The notes under the pieces are model-generated. The model did not search any database. It was not told where the DNA came from and was given only the letters and a program-made list of their open reading frames with translations. DNA of 64,000 nucleotides from NCBI GenBank assembly GCA_963796275.1, contig CAWCKY010000004.1, positions 1,024,001-1,088,000 on the forward strand, read 5' to 3'. Each line of letters begins with the position of its first letter. Position 1 is the stretch's first letter. The translations under genes were made by a program, and so were the position numbers. This stretch comes from an uncultured Acidobacteriota bacterium (GTDB taxonomy: Bacteria; Acidobacteriota; Blastocatellia; RBC074). Below are positions 50,514 through 64,000 of the stretch, piece after piece.

Positions 50514-52400
50514 CTATTGATTGACGACATTGACGGTCAACGTCCGTTGCCCGGAAATGACGAATTCTGCCGGTGGAAGTTCTTTTTCAAAAATGGTAGA
50601 CGAGCGCGTCAAAGTATATCCGCCCGCTGTGCGATCGGAACCGAGCGTGGCCAGAACCGAGGGCGGCAAGCCGGGCATCTCCTCGTTTTTAATGACGGCG
50701 CCGCTTTCTGATCGCGCTAAACGCACATACAACCGGTCGAATTTGCGGAGGCGGTTAATCTCGCGCACCAGTTGATCGAGAGATTTCGGCGTGAATCCGG
50801 TACGCGATTCGGCGGCTTGAAGTGCCCTGCCGTCGCTGACTACGATCTGCAGAGGACCGAGCGGCGCATCATCGGGTATTTCAACCTCCGTCCGTTCGAC
50901 GAATTCATCCCCATCATCGGTACGCGCGAATGCCTGAATCTCCACCTTTTCTCCGCGCCTGACGTCCGTCCGGTTAATCCATAAGCGATCGAGCTGCCCC
51001 GTACTGAGAGCATCGCGTGAGGTGATGTCATAGGTGAGTTTTTCGAACTGCAGGTTCTTGAATCCGCTGTTGAACAACGTGCTGACCGGCTGCGAGACCG
51101 CAAAGGCGGCTGCCAGGGGCGCATTGAGCGAAACCGAGAGACGATTCTCGAGGTTTATCTCCTGCTGGTTTTTGAGCTTGATCCTTCCGCGCATCTCCAA
51201 AGTCGAATCGCCGACCGCTCGCTCGGTCGTCGTGATCGTCGAGAGTACCGTCATCTGCAAGATGATCGGCGTCAGGAAACGATCGACGACTACTTCAAAA
51301 TTATATGTTTGATTGTTGCCGCGGCTCGTCTTCAGGTTGATCTCCACCGGGATAATGCGCGGAGCGACGCCCAGTTCGCCGAAAATGCCCGTCGAACGAT
51401 CGCCACGCATCGTACCGACCATCGCCGTCGGGTAAGAGACCTTGAATGAACTCGCCGCCGATGACATGACGGTGACGACTTCTCCCTCGTGCATCGGGAA
51501 CTCCGAGACGCCGAGCTGTAGAAACGGATGCCCGAATGCATAGATGCGGTTTCCGTCGCGATAGGTGACGGTTCCGGCGGCCGCCAGTGAATAATCGCCG
51601 CGGACGAGCGGAACGACGACAGTCGATCCGGGCTTCAATGTGTCCGCATCGGCTTCCTTCAATTGCGTTATATCGGCTGCACCCGAAACGCCGGCGACCG
51701 GAGAAAATCCCCACGACTGGAAGAGAGGAGCGAAGCGCGCCACTACATCCGGGGCGACGCCCGTGATCGCCAGCGGCGTCGCAATAGGCATCAATATCTG
51801 TGCCCCCTGCGGAGCTGCAACTGCCTGTGCCCCGTGCGGTCCCGATCCGTTTATGTTTTTGATAAATTCGGTGAATTCGCGCGAATTTTCATTGAATGCT
51901 ATCTCCGAGAACGAGACCGAGCGCGGCTGCTCGAGTTGAGGGTCTTTTTGTTCAGGTACTTGTTTCTGCTCGAATACATCGATCATATGTTGGATCGGCG
52001 TGATCCCGGCGATCGGCTCTTTGGCGAAGTTATATCCGAAGGCGATGGCGCCCAGCAATTTGCCGTCAATATATACCGGCGAACCGCTCATCCCCTGAAA
52101 GACGCCCGTATGCTGAAGCTCGTCACCCAATAATCTGGATAGGACCGCGCTCTGTTGGGGATTGGGAAAGCCTTTCAGCACGCCGAGTATCTCGAGCTCG
52201 AACGGCTTCGGCTCACTGCCCACAAAGACCGTGTAGCCAGTGGCCCTCATACCAGGCTTCACATTCGCTATGGGGAAAAACCTTTCTTTCGGTATATCTT
52301 TTATAGGTTGCTTCTCTTTTTCGACATTCTGTCCGGAAGCGGATAAAATTATCGCTATAAGAAGCGAGACAAGCAGCTTAAACTTCAGCAATCGCCTCAT
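50514..52400 (-). CDS. SpoIVB peptidase S55 domain-containing exported protein
   Basis: Signal peptide, VKPGM..GYTVF.G, GVFQGMSGSPVYIDGKLLGA, GTVTY, AFGHPF. Confidence 0.88.
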   Translation of the reverse strand: MRRLLKFKLLVSLLIAIILSASGQNVEKEKQPIKDIPKERFFPIANVKPGMRATGYTVFVGSEPKPFELEILGVLKGFPNPQQSAVLSRLLGDELQHTGVFQGMSGSPVYIDGKLLGAIAFGYNFAKEPIAGITPIQHMIDVFEQKQVPEQKDPQLEQPRSVSFSEIAFNENSREFTEFIKNINGSGPHGAQAVAAPQGAQILMPIATPLAITGVAPDVVARFAPLFQSWGFSPVAGVSGAADITQLKEADADTLKPGSTVVVPLVRGDYSLAAAGTVTYRDGNRIYAFGHPFLQLGVSEFPMHEGEVVTVMSSAASSFKVSYPTAMVGTMRGDRSTGIFGELGVAPRIIPVEINLKTSRGNNQTYNFEVVVDRFLTPIILQMTVLSTITTTERAVGDSTLEMRGRIKLKNQQEINLENRLSVSLNAPLAAAFAVSQPVSTLFNSGFKNLQFEKLTYDITSRDALSTGQLDRLWINRTDVRRGEKVEIQAFARTDDGDEFVERTEVEIPDDAPLGPLQIVVSDGRALQAAESRTGFTPKSLDQLVREINRLRKFDRLYVRLARSESGAVIKNEEMPGLPPSVLATLGSDRTAGGYTLTRSSTIFEKELPPAEFVISGQRTLTVNVVNQ

Positions 52401-52623
52401 CAGATCAGTACCTCAACAGTTGTAATTTTCTCGCTTACGAGATGCAATGCTAGAGCAATATAACACATTAAATCGACCTTTGCGGTCTAATCCAGTAATC
52501 CATTGTGAATTGTTTGGCGATAGACCCGGGCCGTCATGGATGGAAACAGTGCATTGAGAGACAGGGGACTAGGAGCTGACGGCTAATGAAAAACTTCAGA
52601 AAATATCCTGAACTTGGAATAAA

Positions 52624-53259
52624 ATGACAGATTTTCCCGTAACAAAATTCATGATCGCGGGCTTCATACAAGCGGGCGGGCGTAGTTCGCGTATGGGGAC
52701 AGATAAGGCATGGCTGGAGATAGAGAATCGACCGATGATCGAGAGAGTGCTCATAGAGACGAAGCCGATCGTCGATGATCTTTCGATTATCGTCAATGCA
52801 ACCAACCCTCATCTCGGCCGCTACCGGAGTCTGGCTGAGGAATACGATGCAAAAGTGATACTTGACCTGCACGACCACCGTGGTCCGCTCGGCGGAATCG
52901 GCACAGCACTGATCCACTGTGGGGATGCGCAATCCGCATTTATCCTGGCCTGCGACATGCCATTCATAACGACCGAGTTCATCGCCTTCCTCGTCGATCT
53001 TCATCAGCGTGAAGCAAATCAAGTCACCGTGCCGGTCGACCGGCAGGAACGATTACAGCCTCTGGCGGGTATTTATTCGACAGCTTGCCTCCCAATGGTC
53101 GAGCGGCTCTTAGATACAGATGAGCTGCGCGTGGATAGTCTTTGCCGACTTGCGAAAACACGGCGAGTCGCGTTTGCCGAGTTCTCAAACCTGGCAAATG
53201 CGGAGAGGCTTTTCATCAATATTAATTCGATGGAAGAGTACGGGGTAATCGAAAAGTGA
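52624..53259 (+). CDS. mobA: Molybdenum cofactor guanylyltransferase
   Basis: AGGRSSRMGTDKA, GPLGGI..AL, ACDMPF, QPL.GIY, FININS.EE. Confidence 0.92.
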   Translation: MTDFPVTKFMIAGFIQAGGRSSRMGTDKAWLEIENRPMIERVLIETKPIVDDLSIIVNATNPHLGRYRSLAEEYDAKVILDLHDHRGPLGGIGTALIHCGDAQSAFILACDMPFITTEFIAFLVDLHQREANQVTVPVDRQERLQPLAGIYSTACLPMVERLLDTDELRVDSLCRLAKTRRVAFAEFSNLANAERLFININSMEEYGVIEK

Positions 53260-53439
53260 CGATGTAACCCTAATAGACGCAGATATTTCCCTTGCGTCCT
53301 TGCTTAACGGCGATGACGACCCCACAATGTTGTAATCATCCGACTTCGAATTAACATTAACCCCCTTGCCCTCTCACCATTGCATCGCTAAGATATTAGT
53401 TTCATTCAACACAGTACCGTCTTTCTATAGCACACTCGT

Positions 53440-56288
<2,849 letters not shown>

Positions 56289-56529
56289 TAAGCCTTTGAT
56301 TTCTAATCTCGATGCAATAGCATTGAGTTATAACCCATCACATCGTCGCTAAGCACGAAGAAGGCGCACATTTAGTGCATGTATATTGTTAAATGACGAG
56401 GTTTCCGCAGCCCAACACGGGCTAGATTCTCAATCCCCCTTCGGGTTAAAGATTCGAATAACTATATTCTTAAATGCTATAGAATTGCGCCATTGATAAA
56501 CTGAAAAATGAAAGTGACTGTTCAGCCTC

Positions 56530-57046
56530 TTCGCCGAGTTAGCGGCGGCAGGCTCTTCGCCGAGTTAGCGGCGGCAACCTTTCGCCGAGTTAGCGGCGGC
56601 AGGCTCTTCGCCGAGTTAGCGGCGGCAACCTCTTCGCCGCGTTAGCGGCGGCAGGCTCTTCGCCGAGTTAGCGGCGGCAGGCTCTTCGCCGAGTTAGCGG
56701 CGGCAGGCTCTTCGCCGAGTTAGCGGCGGCAACCTTTCGCTGCGTTAGCGGCGGCAGGCTCTTCGCCGAGTTAGCGGCGGCAGGCTCTTCGCCGAGTTAG
56801 CGGCGGCAGGCTCTTCGCCGAGTTAGCGGCGGCAGGCTCTTCGCCGAGTTAGCGGCGGCAGGCTCTTCGCCGAGTTAGCGGCGGCAGGCTCTTCGCCGAG
56901 TTAGCGGCGGCAGGCTCTTCGCCGAGTTAGCGGCGGCAGGCTCTTCGCCGAGTTAGCGGCGGCAGGCTCTTCGCCGAGTTAGCGGCGGCAGGCTCTTCGC
57001 CGAGTTAGCGGCGGCAGGCTCTTCGCTGCGTTAGCGGCGGCAACCT
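56530..57046. repeat. Tandem array of 20 hairpin units of 25-26 bp, consensus TTCGCCGAGTTAGCGGCGGCAGGCTC
   Basis: Counted by hand. Each unit holds CGCCG-(A/C)GTTAG-CGGCG, linkers are CAGGCTC or CAACCT(C), and there are no unique spacers. Confidence 0.95.
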
Positions 57047-57226
57047 TTCGCCGCGTTAGCGGCGGTTGATTGTAGCCGTGGGTTTTAACCCACGGAAGGC
57101 TTGAAGGATATTCCGCGTCGCGTTAGCGACGCCTGAATTCAAACGTCGCTGACGCGACGTGATAAAATCTACCGCCACCGTGGGTTAAAACCCACGGCTA
57201 CAATCAACCGCCGCTAACGCGGCGAA
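57047..57226. repeat. GTAG-type REP doublet (REPIN/MITE-like), 180 bp
   Basis: Terminal inverted repeat of about 49 bp containing GTAG-CCGTGGG-ttttaa-CCCACGG (57072-57095) and its mirror (57178-57201). Inner CGTCGC-gtta-GCGACG hairpins. Confidence 0.9.
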
Positions 57227-57242
57227 GCGGCTGAAGCAGTTA

Positions 57243-57307
57243 ATTTCAGTTTTTTAGTTTTCAGCTGAGCTGTCTCGATCAGCAACTAAAAACTAAAAAC
57301 TAAAAAA
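57243..57307. repeat. Inverted heptamer repeats TTTT(C/T)AG / CTAAAAA upstream of rfbF
   Basis: Read directly. Confidence 0.6.
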
Positions 57308-58087
57308 ATGAAAACTGTTATTCTCTGCGGCGGACGCGGCACGCGCCTGGGCGAGCACGGTGCAGCCGTCCCGAAAGCATTGATCAAAATCGGCGAGCGT
57401 CCACTGCTCTGGCACCTGCTTAAAATCTATGCTCACCACGAGCTGAATGAATTCGTTCTTTGCCTGGGCTATCTCGGAGACGCGATAAAGCGCTATTTCC
57501 TGGAGCATCACTGGCTCTACGCCGATTTCTCGCTCAAAATGAGTAATACCGGCGATTACCTCTTGCACAAACAGGAAGCGCCGAGCGAGGATTGGAATAT
57601 CACGTTCGCGGAGACTGGGCTCAATACCAATACCGGCGGTCGCATCAAACTGATTGAGAACTACATCGGTGACGACCAGACTTTCTGCGTGACATACGGC
57701 GATGGGCTGGCGGACATCGATCTACCAGCATTGATCGAATTCCATCGAAGTCACGGAAAGCTTGCAACGCTCACCGCTGTGCATCCCCGTTCCAGCTTCG
57801 GATTGCTGAAAGTCGATGAAGATAATGCGATAACCGAATTTGTAGAGAAGCCGGTGATGAAGGAATGGATCAATGGCGGCTTTTTCGTCTTCAATCGCGG
57901 AGTGTTCAATTATCTGACCGATGACTGCGTGCTCGAACGCGAACCATTCGAACGTCTCTCACAAGCGCGCGAGCTGATGGCCTATTCTCACACCGGCTTC
58001 TGGAAATGTATGGACACTTATAAAGACAATGTCGAATTTAACCAGCTCTGGGACGCAGGTCAGGCGGAGTGGAAAGTGTGGGAATGA
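57308..58087 (+). CDS. rfbF: Glucose-1-phosphate cytidylyltransferase-like nucleotidyltransferase
   Basis: [64 protein letters not shown]. Confidence 0.88.
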   Translation: MKTVILCGGRGTRLGEHGAAVPKALIKIGERPLLWHLLKIYAHHELNEFVLCLGYLGDAIKRYFLEHHWLYADFSLKMSNTGDYLLHKQEAPSEDWNITFAETGLNTNTGGRIKLIENYIGDDQTFCVTYGDGLADIDLPALIEFHRSHGKLATLTAVHPRSSFGLLKVDEDNAITEFVEKPVMKEWINGGFFVFNRGVFNYLTDDCVLEREPFERLSQARELMAYSHTGFWKCMDTYKDNVEFNQLWDAGQAEWKVWE

Positions 58088-58093
58088 GATCGG

Positions 58094-58212
58094 TTTTCAG
58101 TTTTCAGTTTTCAGTTTTCAGTTTTCAGCATGATTAGTTTTTCAGGCGATTTCAAAAAAGACTACAACTAAAAATCTGAAATTTAAAATCTAAAATTTAA
58201 AATCTAAAATCT
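58094..58212. repeat. Heptamer repeats, 5 x TTTTCAG and about 6 x AAAAT(C/T)T, between rfbF and the dehydratase
   Basis: Read directly. Confidence 0.8.
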
Positions 58213-58215
58213 GTA

Positions 58216-59194
58216 ATGCCTTCTTTCTGGAACAACCGCACAGCTTTCATCACCGGGGCGACCGGCTTCATCGGCGCGCACGTCGCCAGAAAGCTGGTCG
58301 AAGCCGGGTCTCGCGTCGTCTGTCTGCAGCGCGACGGGGTGCGCGCCAATTCCCTCGATCTTTTCGACCTGCGCCGCCGCGTCACGGTCATCAACGGATC
58401 GGTCGAGGATTTTGCGCTGATCGAGCGCATCCTCAACGAGTATGAGGTCGAGGCAGTTTTCCATCTCGCCGCTCAGGCGATAGTTGGCGCGGCCAACCGC
58501 TCGCCCATCTCGACATTCGAAACCAACATCCGCGGCACTTACTCGCTCCTGGAGGGCTGCCGTCAAAGCCCGCTGATCAAAAGCGTCGTAGTCGCGTCGA
58601 GCGATAAGGCGTATGGGGCACAACAGAATCTGCCATACACTGAAGACTATCCGCTGCACGGGCTTTTTCCCTACGACGCATCGAAAGCCTGTACTGACAT
58701 ACTGGCGCGATCGTACGCGCACACCTACAAAACACCGGTAGTCGTCTCGCGCTTCGCTAATATTTACGGACCCGGCGATATGAACCTTTCCCGCGTCATT
58801 CCGGGGACGATCGTGTCGGTCCTACGCGACCAGCCTCCCGTCATTCGCAGCGACGGGACGCCCATCCGCGAGTTCGTTTACGTTGATGACGTGGCAAACG
58901 GCTATCTGCTGCTCGCTGAAAAAATCGATGGAGTTATTGGTGAAGCTTTCAACTTCGGCGCGGGCGAGCAAGTAACGATGCGCGATCTGGTAGAAAGAAT
59001 AATCAAACTCTCCGGCAAGAATTTGAAACCGAATGTCCTGCTTCAGAAAAAGATCGAGCGCGAAATCGACGCGCAGTACCTGTCATCCGAAAAAATAGAG
59101 AAGAGATTGGGATGGCGGGCGAAAAATGATTCTCGATGCGGGGCTGCGCTTGACGATGGAATGGTACCGCGAGCATTTACCTGAAATTTCGTAA
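58216..59194 (+). CDS. NAD-dependent nucleotide-sugar dehydratase/epimerase (CDP-glucose 4,6-dehydratase-like); +1 frameshift near 59125
   Basis: FW.N....[34 protein letters not shown]. Removing one A restores [20 protein letters not shown] ending at 59194. Confidence 0.88.
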
Positions 59195-59203
59195 GGAGGA
59201 AAA

Positions 59204-60148
59204 ATGAGCCTAACCCGCCGCAATCTACTCAAACAGAGCCTGGCCGGCGCCGCCGCGCTCTCTACCGCCACAACGCTGAAAAATACCGATGTTTTCCCGA
59301 TTCAATCGACAACCACACCGCCGCGGATACGGATCGGGGTATCGACATATTCCTACTGGCATTTTGATAAAGTGAAATATCCCATCGAGAAAGTCATCGA
59401 GAATGCGGCGCGGCTCGGGTTCGATGGCGTTGAAATCCTACATCGGCAGATGGAGAGCGAAGATCGCAAGTACGTGAACAGTCTCAAGCGAATGGCTTTC
59501 TCACTCGGTCTCGATCTGTTTTTTCTCTCAATTCATCAAAACTTCGTATCGCCGGACCCGGCCAAAAGGCAACAGCACATCGATCACACGAAACGCTGCA
59601 TCGATCTGGCTCAGCAACTGGGATGCCCGGCAATCCGGTTGAATTCAGGCCGATGGGGAACTATCCCCGAATTTCAGAAGATGCTCGACGCGGGGGGTAA
59701 AGAAGCCCCGATAGAGGGTTACACCGATGACGATGCGTTTAAATGGTGCATCGAATCGATCAACGATTGCATTCCTCACGCCGAACAGGCGGGCGTCATT
59801 ATGGCACTCGAAAATCACTGGGGATTGACGACTTCGGTCGATGGATTGCTGCGAATCTTCAAGGGCGTCAATTCGCCCTGGCTGTGCATCAACCTCGACA
59901 CCGGAAATTTCGTAGGCGATCCGTACCCACAACTCGAAAAACTAGCCCCTCACGCCATCGTAGTGCAGGCGAAGACTTATTATGGGGGTGGCGTGTATTA
60001 CACGCGTGAGCTCGACTATAGCCGAATCGCCAAAATATTGCGCAATGCGAATTTCAAGGGATATGTCTCGCTCGAGATGGAGGGGAAAGAGTCGGCGGAT
60101 GAAGCCGTCTCTAAGAGTCTGAAGGTGTTGCGTGAAGCCTTTGCGTGA
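59204..60148 (+). CDS. Tat-exported sugar phosphate isomerase/epimerase (xylose isomerase-like TIM barrel)
   Basis: Twin-arginine signal [39 protein letters not shown]. Confidence 0.9.
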   Translation: MSLTRRNLLKQSLAGAAALSTATTLKNTDVFPIQSTTTPPRIRIGVSTYSYWHFDKVKYPIEKVIENAARLGFDGVEILHRQMESEDRKYVNSLKRMAFSLGLDLFFLSIHQNFVSPDPAKRQQHIDHTKRCIDLAQQLGCPAIRLNSGRWGTIPEFQKMLDAGGKEAPIEGYTDDDAFKWCIESINDCIPHAEQAGVIMALENHWGLTTSVDGLLRIFKGVNSPWLCINLDTGNFVGDPYPQLEKLAPHAIVVQAKTYYGGGVYYTRELDYSRIAKILRNANFKGYVSLEMEGKESADEAVSKSLKVLREAFA

Positions 60149-60818
60149 TCGTTCGGTAGCCGGTCTTCTCTCCCAAATAGCTGTATATCATCCCAGCTAT
60201 CAAGTCATAGAGGAAATGCAGAAACATCGCCGGAATTAGAGAACCGGTGAACCAGACTATGACATGAAATGCGATCGCGAAGCCGAAGATCGCGGTTATG
60301 CTGGCCCAGCCCTGCATGTAATGGCTGACGGCGAAGATGATCGAGGCGATCAATGCCGCTACCCATAATGATCCCGTCAATTGCGTTAACAAGACCCACA
60401 TCACACCGCGATATGTGATCTCTTCGCCGATCCCTGCCGCCACCGAGATGAAGACCCAGAGCGATTTCTCGGCCGCATCGCCGGGCATAAAGAGATATAC
60501 CATCGGTTCACGATTATCGACATTGCGCCTCCAACGCGGGAGCATCAACGCGATAGCCGCGGTGAAGACGATTGCGACGATAGCGCTCGATTGAATGGGT
60601 TGCTGCGGCAGTTCGAGCAGAGGAATTTTTTCAAGCCGGGCCACCGCCACGGTCGCACCGATAAAGAAAAGATGTTGCAACAGTACGCCGATGTAAAATC
60701 TGCGGCGCGGCGGGTAAGGAAATAAGTAGAGTTTTGCGGCGGATCGGTAAGCCGCCCAGGGGAGCACCAACCCGAATAAGATCAAATGGCAGTAGCCCGC
60801 TGCACCAATCGTCTGCAT
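60111..60818 (-). CDS. CPBP/CAAX-family intramembrane glutamic endopeptidase (Abi)
   Basis: Multi-TM protein with EE...RG (GEEITYRG), FAVSHY and HFLYD motifs. Confidence 0.9.
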   Translation of the reverse strand: MQTIGAAGYCHLILFGLVLPWAAYRSAAKLYLFPYPPRRRFYIGVLLQHLFFIGATVAVARLEKIPLLELPQQPIQSSAIVAIVFTAAIALMLPRWRRNVDNREPMVYLFMPGDAAEKSLWVFISVAAGIGEEITYRGVMWVLLTQLTGSLWVAALIASIIFAVSHYMQGWASITAIFGFAIAFHVIVWFTGSLIPAMFLHFLYDLIAGMIYSYLGEKTGYRTITQRLHATPSDS

Positions 60819-60877
60819 CGCCAGCAGAGTTTAGGTGTGAGAACCCGATCTTTCAAGCCTACCGCTGGATAAGAAGA

Positions 60878-61002
60878 GATTCACCACAAAAAAACAAAAA
60901 AGACAAAGAGCACAAAGTAGGAAGAGAAGTCCCTTTTGTGTCGGCCATCGCCACCACCCCGCACATTTTCCTTTTGTACTTTTGTGTTCTTTGGAGTGAA
61001 TC
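60878..61002. repeat. A-rich/T-rich imperfect hairpin element
   Basis: GATTCACCACAAA...AGCACAAAG / CTTTTGTG...TTTGGAGTGAATC. Similar to 14895..14983. Confidence 0.6.
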
Positions 61003-61008
61003 CCTCCT

Positions 61009-61774
61009 AGCACCGAAAGTCATAATCATCAACGAAACGCTGGCCCGACGCTTCTTTGCCGGCGAGAACCCGATCGGTCACCGGTTGTTCTCTGAACCAA
61101 ACAAGATGACGATTGTCGGAGTGGCAGGCGACACGAGTAATCGCGGTTTAGACCAGGAGGTTCAGCCTGAGGTTTATACTCCGTACGTGCAAGATCTGAA
61201 GGAGATAGGAGGCTTGCGCCTGGTGGTGCGAGCCTCCTTCGATCAAAACAATCCGACCAGTACCTCCGTTTTATCAAACCTGCCTACATCCATACGCAAT
61301 CAAGTGCGAGCAATCGAGCCAAACGAGGCGGTCAATCAGGTCGTCAGAATGGATGAACTACTGTCGAATTCGGTGGCGTGGCGGCGCTTCCAGATGCTCT
61401 TGCTCGGCGTCTTCGCCGCAGTCGCGCTCGTCATCGCAACGGTGGGAATTTACGGCGTCATCTCGTATGCCGTCAGCCAACAAAAGCATGAGATCGGCAT
61501 CCGGATGGCACTGGGCGCGCAGGCGAGCGATGTGTTGCGGATGGTGATCTGGAGAGGAATGAGCCTGGCGCTGATCGGCGTGGCGCTGGGCTTGGCGGCA
61601 GCATTCGCGCTCACGCGCGTCATGAAGAATCTGCTCTTCGAAGTGAGCCCTACCGATCCGATGACCTTCATGCTCATCGCGTTGCTGCTGATCGTCGTCG
61701 CGCTGATCGCCAGCTACATCCCGGCGCGGCGCGCAACCAAGGTCGATCCACTCCAGGCTCTGCGCCACGAATGA
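61009..61774 (+). pseudogene. C-terminal fragment of an ADOP permease
   Basis: [61 protein letters not shown]. The upstream part of ORF 60734..61774 is only translated repeat DNA and antisense of the CPBP gene. Confidence 0.85.
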
Positions 61775-61947
61775 GACGGCTCTATTTTCATTTTCATCCG
61801 TGAAGTCCCCTCACTTGGCCTCTCAAGAACTGCTGTATAAACAGACCGACCTCAGATATATTTTGAATCGTCGCATTATTACGGACTCGTCAGATCGGTC
61901 CCGGCGATCTGACGAAACCGCAGTTCTCAACTTACAGATAATTCTTA

Positions 61948-63390
61948 ATGGAGATTCTTGTGCCGGAAGAGAAAAGTTTTCACATGCCGATCGATGAGTT
62001 TCGCCGTAATGGCCATGCCGTGGTGGACTGGATCGCCGATTATTTTGAGCGCATCGAATCGCTGCCCGTGCTTTCACAAGTAAAACCAGGTCAGGTTCGC
62101 GCATCGCTCACCAACGATCCTCCCGTTACGGGCGAGCGATTCGAAGACATCCTGGACGATTTTGACAAGCTCATCCTGCCCGGCATCACGCACTGGCAGT
62201 CCCCGAGTTTTTATGCCTATTTCCCCACCGGAGTCTCCGGCCCATCTATCCTCGGAGAGTTGCTCTCCGCGGGTCTGGGAGTGCAGGGAATGCTGTGGGC
62301 CACCAGCCCCGCTTGCACCGAACTGGAGACGCACGTCCTGGATTGGCTGGTGGAGATGCTCGCGCTGCCTCAGAAGTTTCTCTCCACGGGCGCCGGCGGA
62401 GGCGTGATTCAGGATACGGCTTCGAACGCCTCTCTATGCGCCCTCCTGGCCGCACGCGAGCGCGCGACCGACTTCGCCAGCAATCAGCGCGGGTGCGACG
62501 GGAAGCTCGTCGCTTACACCTCTTCACAGGCCCATTCTTCATTGGAGAAAGCCGCACAGATCGCAGGTATCGGCCGGCAAAATCTGCGAGTGATCGAGGT
62601 CGACGAGAAGTTCGCCATGCGTACTGACGCGCTCGCCCATCGAATTGAGCACGATCGCCGTGCGGGGCTGATCCCGTTCTTCGTTTCCGCCACCGTTGGA
62701 ACGACCTCTTCCAATGCTATTGATCCGTTGGCCGAAATCGGCCGCATGTGCCGCGAACAGAATCTATGGCTGCACGTGGATGCGGCCATGTCCGGGACGG
62801 CTGCGCTCTGCCCCGAATTCCGTTATATCCACGACGGCCTGGAATTCGCCGACAGTTATTGCTTCAACCCGCACAAGTGGATGTTCACGAACTTCGATTG
62901 CGATTGCTTCTATGTGGCTGATCGAAAGGCGCTGATACAGACTTTGAGCGTACTTCCGGAATTTCTTCGTAATCGGGCTACCGAATCGGGTGCGGTCATC
63001 GATTATCGCGACTGGCAGATTCCGCTCGGCCGGCGCTTCCGTGCGCTCAAGCTGTGGTTCGTGATTCGTCACTACGGCGTTGAAGGATTGCAACATCACA
63101 TACGCCGCCACATCGAACTGGCGCAGCAATTTGCCGCCTGGGTCAAGGAGGACGGCCGTTTCGAGATGGCCGCCCCCGCGCCCTTGAACCTGGTGTGCTT
63201 CCGCCTTAAGGGCGGAGATGAGATCAATCAGGCCCTGATGGAGAAACTGAACGCCAGCGGCGATCTCTATCTGACGCACACTCGTTTGGACGACCGCTTT
63301 ACTCTGCGCCTGTGTGTGGGCCAGGCTAATACCGAAGCACGCCATGTGCGACAAGCCTGGGATAAGATCCGAGCGACAGTTTCAAGCTAA
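61948..63390 (+). CDS. Group II PLP-dependent decarboxylase (aromatic-L-amino-acid decarboxylase-like)
   Basis: [39 protein letters not shown] lysine [18 protein letters not shown]. Confidence 0.93.
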   Translation: MEILVPEEKSFHMPIDEFRRNGHAVVDWIADYFERIESLPVLSQVKPGQVRASLTNDPPVTGERFEDILDDFDKLILPGITHWQSPSFYAYFPTGVSGPSILGELLSAGLGVQGMLWATSPACTELETHVLDWLVEMLALPQKFLSTGAGGGVIQDTASNASLCALLAARERATDFASNQRGCDGKLVAYTSSQAHSSLEKAAQIAGIGRQNLRVIEVDEKFAMRTDALAHRIEHDRRAGLIPFFVSATVGTTSSNAIDPLAEIGRMCREQNLWLHVDAAMSGTAALCPEFRYIHDGLEFADSYCFNPHKWMFTNFDCDCFYVADRKALIQTLSVLPEFLRNRATESGAVIDYRDWQIPLGRRFRALKLWFVIRHYGVEGLQHHIRRHIELAQQFAAWVKEDGRFEMAAPAPLNLVCFRLKGGDEINQALMEKLNASGDLYLTHTRLDDRFTLRLCVGQANTEARHVRQAWDKIRATVSS

Positions 63391-64000
63391 TCATTAATTG
63401 CCTGGTATGCCAGTTGTTTGAATTCGCTCCCATAAGTGAGCCCGGTATGGGGCAGAATTTGAACCATAAAAATACCGATCATCTCTTCTTTGGGATCTAT
63501 CCAGAAACGCGTGCCCGCCGCCCCGCCCCAGTTGTATTCGCCTTGCGAACCGATCGCGCCGGTCTTTCCGACACCTCGGTTGACGGCGAAGGTGAGGCCG
63601 AACCCGTAGCCCCGCTGCAAAAGAGGCGTGGCGATCGGAATATCTCCCAGATGATCGGCGCTCATCAACTCGACGGTCTTACGGCTCAGGATTCGCATGT
63701 CGTCGAGTTCGCCCCCATTGACCAGCATCTGGCAGAACCGGGCGTAATCCATCGTGGTAGAGACCAAGCCTCCGCCGCCTGACAGTAATTTACGAGGTTT
63801 CTTGTAGCTCTCCTGCGGCGGCCCGGCGTGGCGTTTGATCGTCCTATCTTCGTTAGGGGTATAGAGCGTGACCAGCCGATCCCATTTCTCTTGCGGCACG
63901 AAGAACCCCGAATCGATCATCCCCAGAGGTTTGAAGATTCGATCAGCGAAGAATTGATCGAGCGTCTTGCCGGAAACGACCTCGATCAACCGACCGAGCA
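63387..64000 (-). CDS. Serine hydrolase, beta-lactamase class C-like family (C-terminal part, runs off the window)
   Basis: [13 protein letters not shown]...[33 protein letters not shown]. Confidence 0.9.
   Translation of the reverse strand, partial: LGRLIEVVSGKTLDQFFADRIFKPLGMIDSGFFVPQEKWDRLVTLYTPNEDRTIKRHAGPPQESYKKPRKLLSGGGGLVSTTMDYARFCQMLVNGGELDDMRILSRKTVELMSADHLGDIPIATPLLQRGYGFGLTFAVNRGVGKTGAIGSQGEYNWGGAAGTRFWIDPKEEMIGIFMVQILPHTGLTYGSEFKQLAYQAIND

Noticed and set aside
53260-53439. LexA/SOS box upstream of uvrA
   Set aside because: I recognised no CTGT-N8-ACAG, GAAC-N4-GTTC or GTTC-N7-GTTC site.
56530-57046. CRISPR array
   Set aside because: Repeats are contiguous with only 2-3 recurring short linkers, there are no unique spacers, and no cas genes are present.
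59343-59352. Third match to CGACATATTC
   Set aside because: It lies inside a coding region (STYS) and lacks the CGCACCT box.

Overview
Chromosomal-looking window, most likely from an Acidobacterium (inferred from repeated ADOP-type duplicated orphan ABC permeases, their PadR regulators, an Oar-like TonB-dependent receptor and a TPR-CHAT protease next to an atypical sigma factor). The left third is accessory: a BlaR1-like M56 sensor with a gutted blaI, a PL11 rhamnogalacturonan lyase, the TPR-CHAT/sigma pair, ADOP/PadR modules in several states of decay, and a LysR-RND pump. The remainder holds glgP, gpmA, an M16 peptidase, a chaperone cluster (hsp20-clpB-grpE-groEL-clpA/C) without groES or dnaK, a SpoIVB-S55 protease with a beta-propeller partner, mobA, uvrA, rfbF/rfbG-like genes and a group II decarboxylase. 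Best novelty candidates: (1) two paralogous unknown proteins of 130-140 aa, 29 kb apart, both preceded by an identically spaced bipartite promoter-like motif and both lying upstream of a protease gene; (2) a 20-unit tandem array of a 25-26 bp hairpin expanded from the end of a GTAG-type REP doublet, directly upstream of sugar-nucleotide genes; (3) ADOP gene remnants whose breakpoints abut palindromic repeat elements. About a dozen single-base frameshifts, nearly all +1 insertions, look like long-read sequencing error. I saw no rRNA, tRNA, CRISPR array or transposase. All family calls come from motif recognition by eye, not from database searches.
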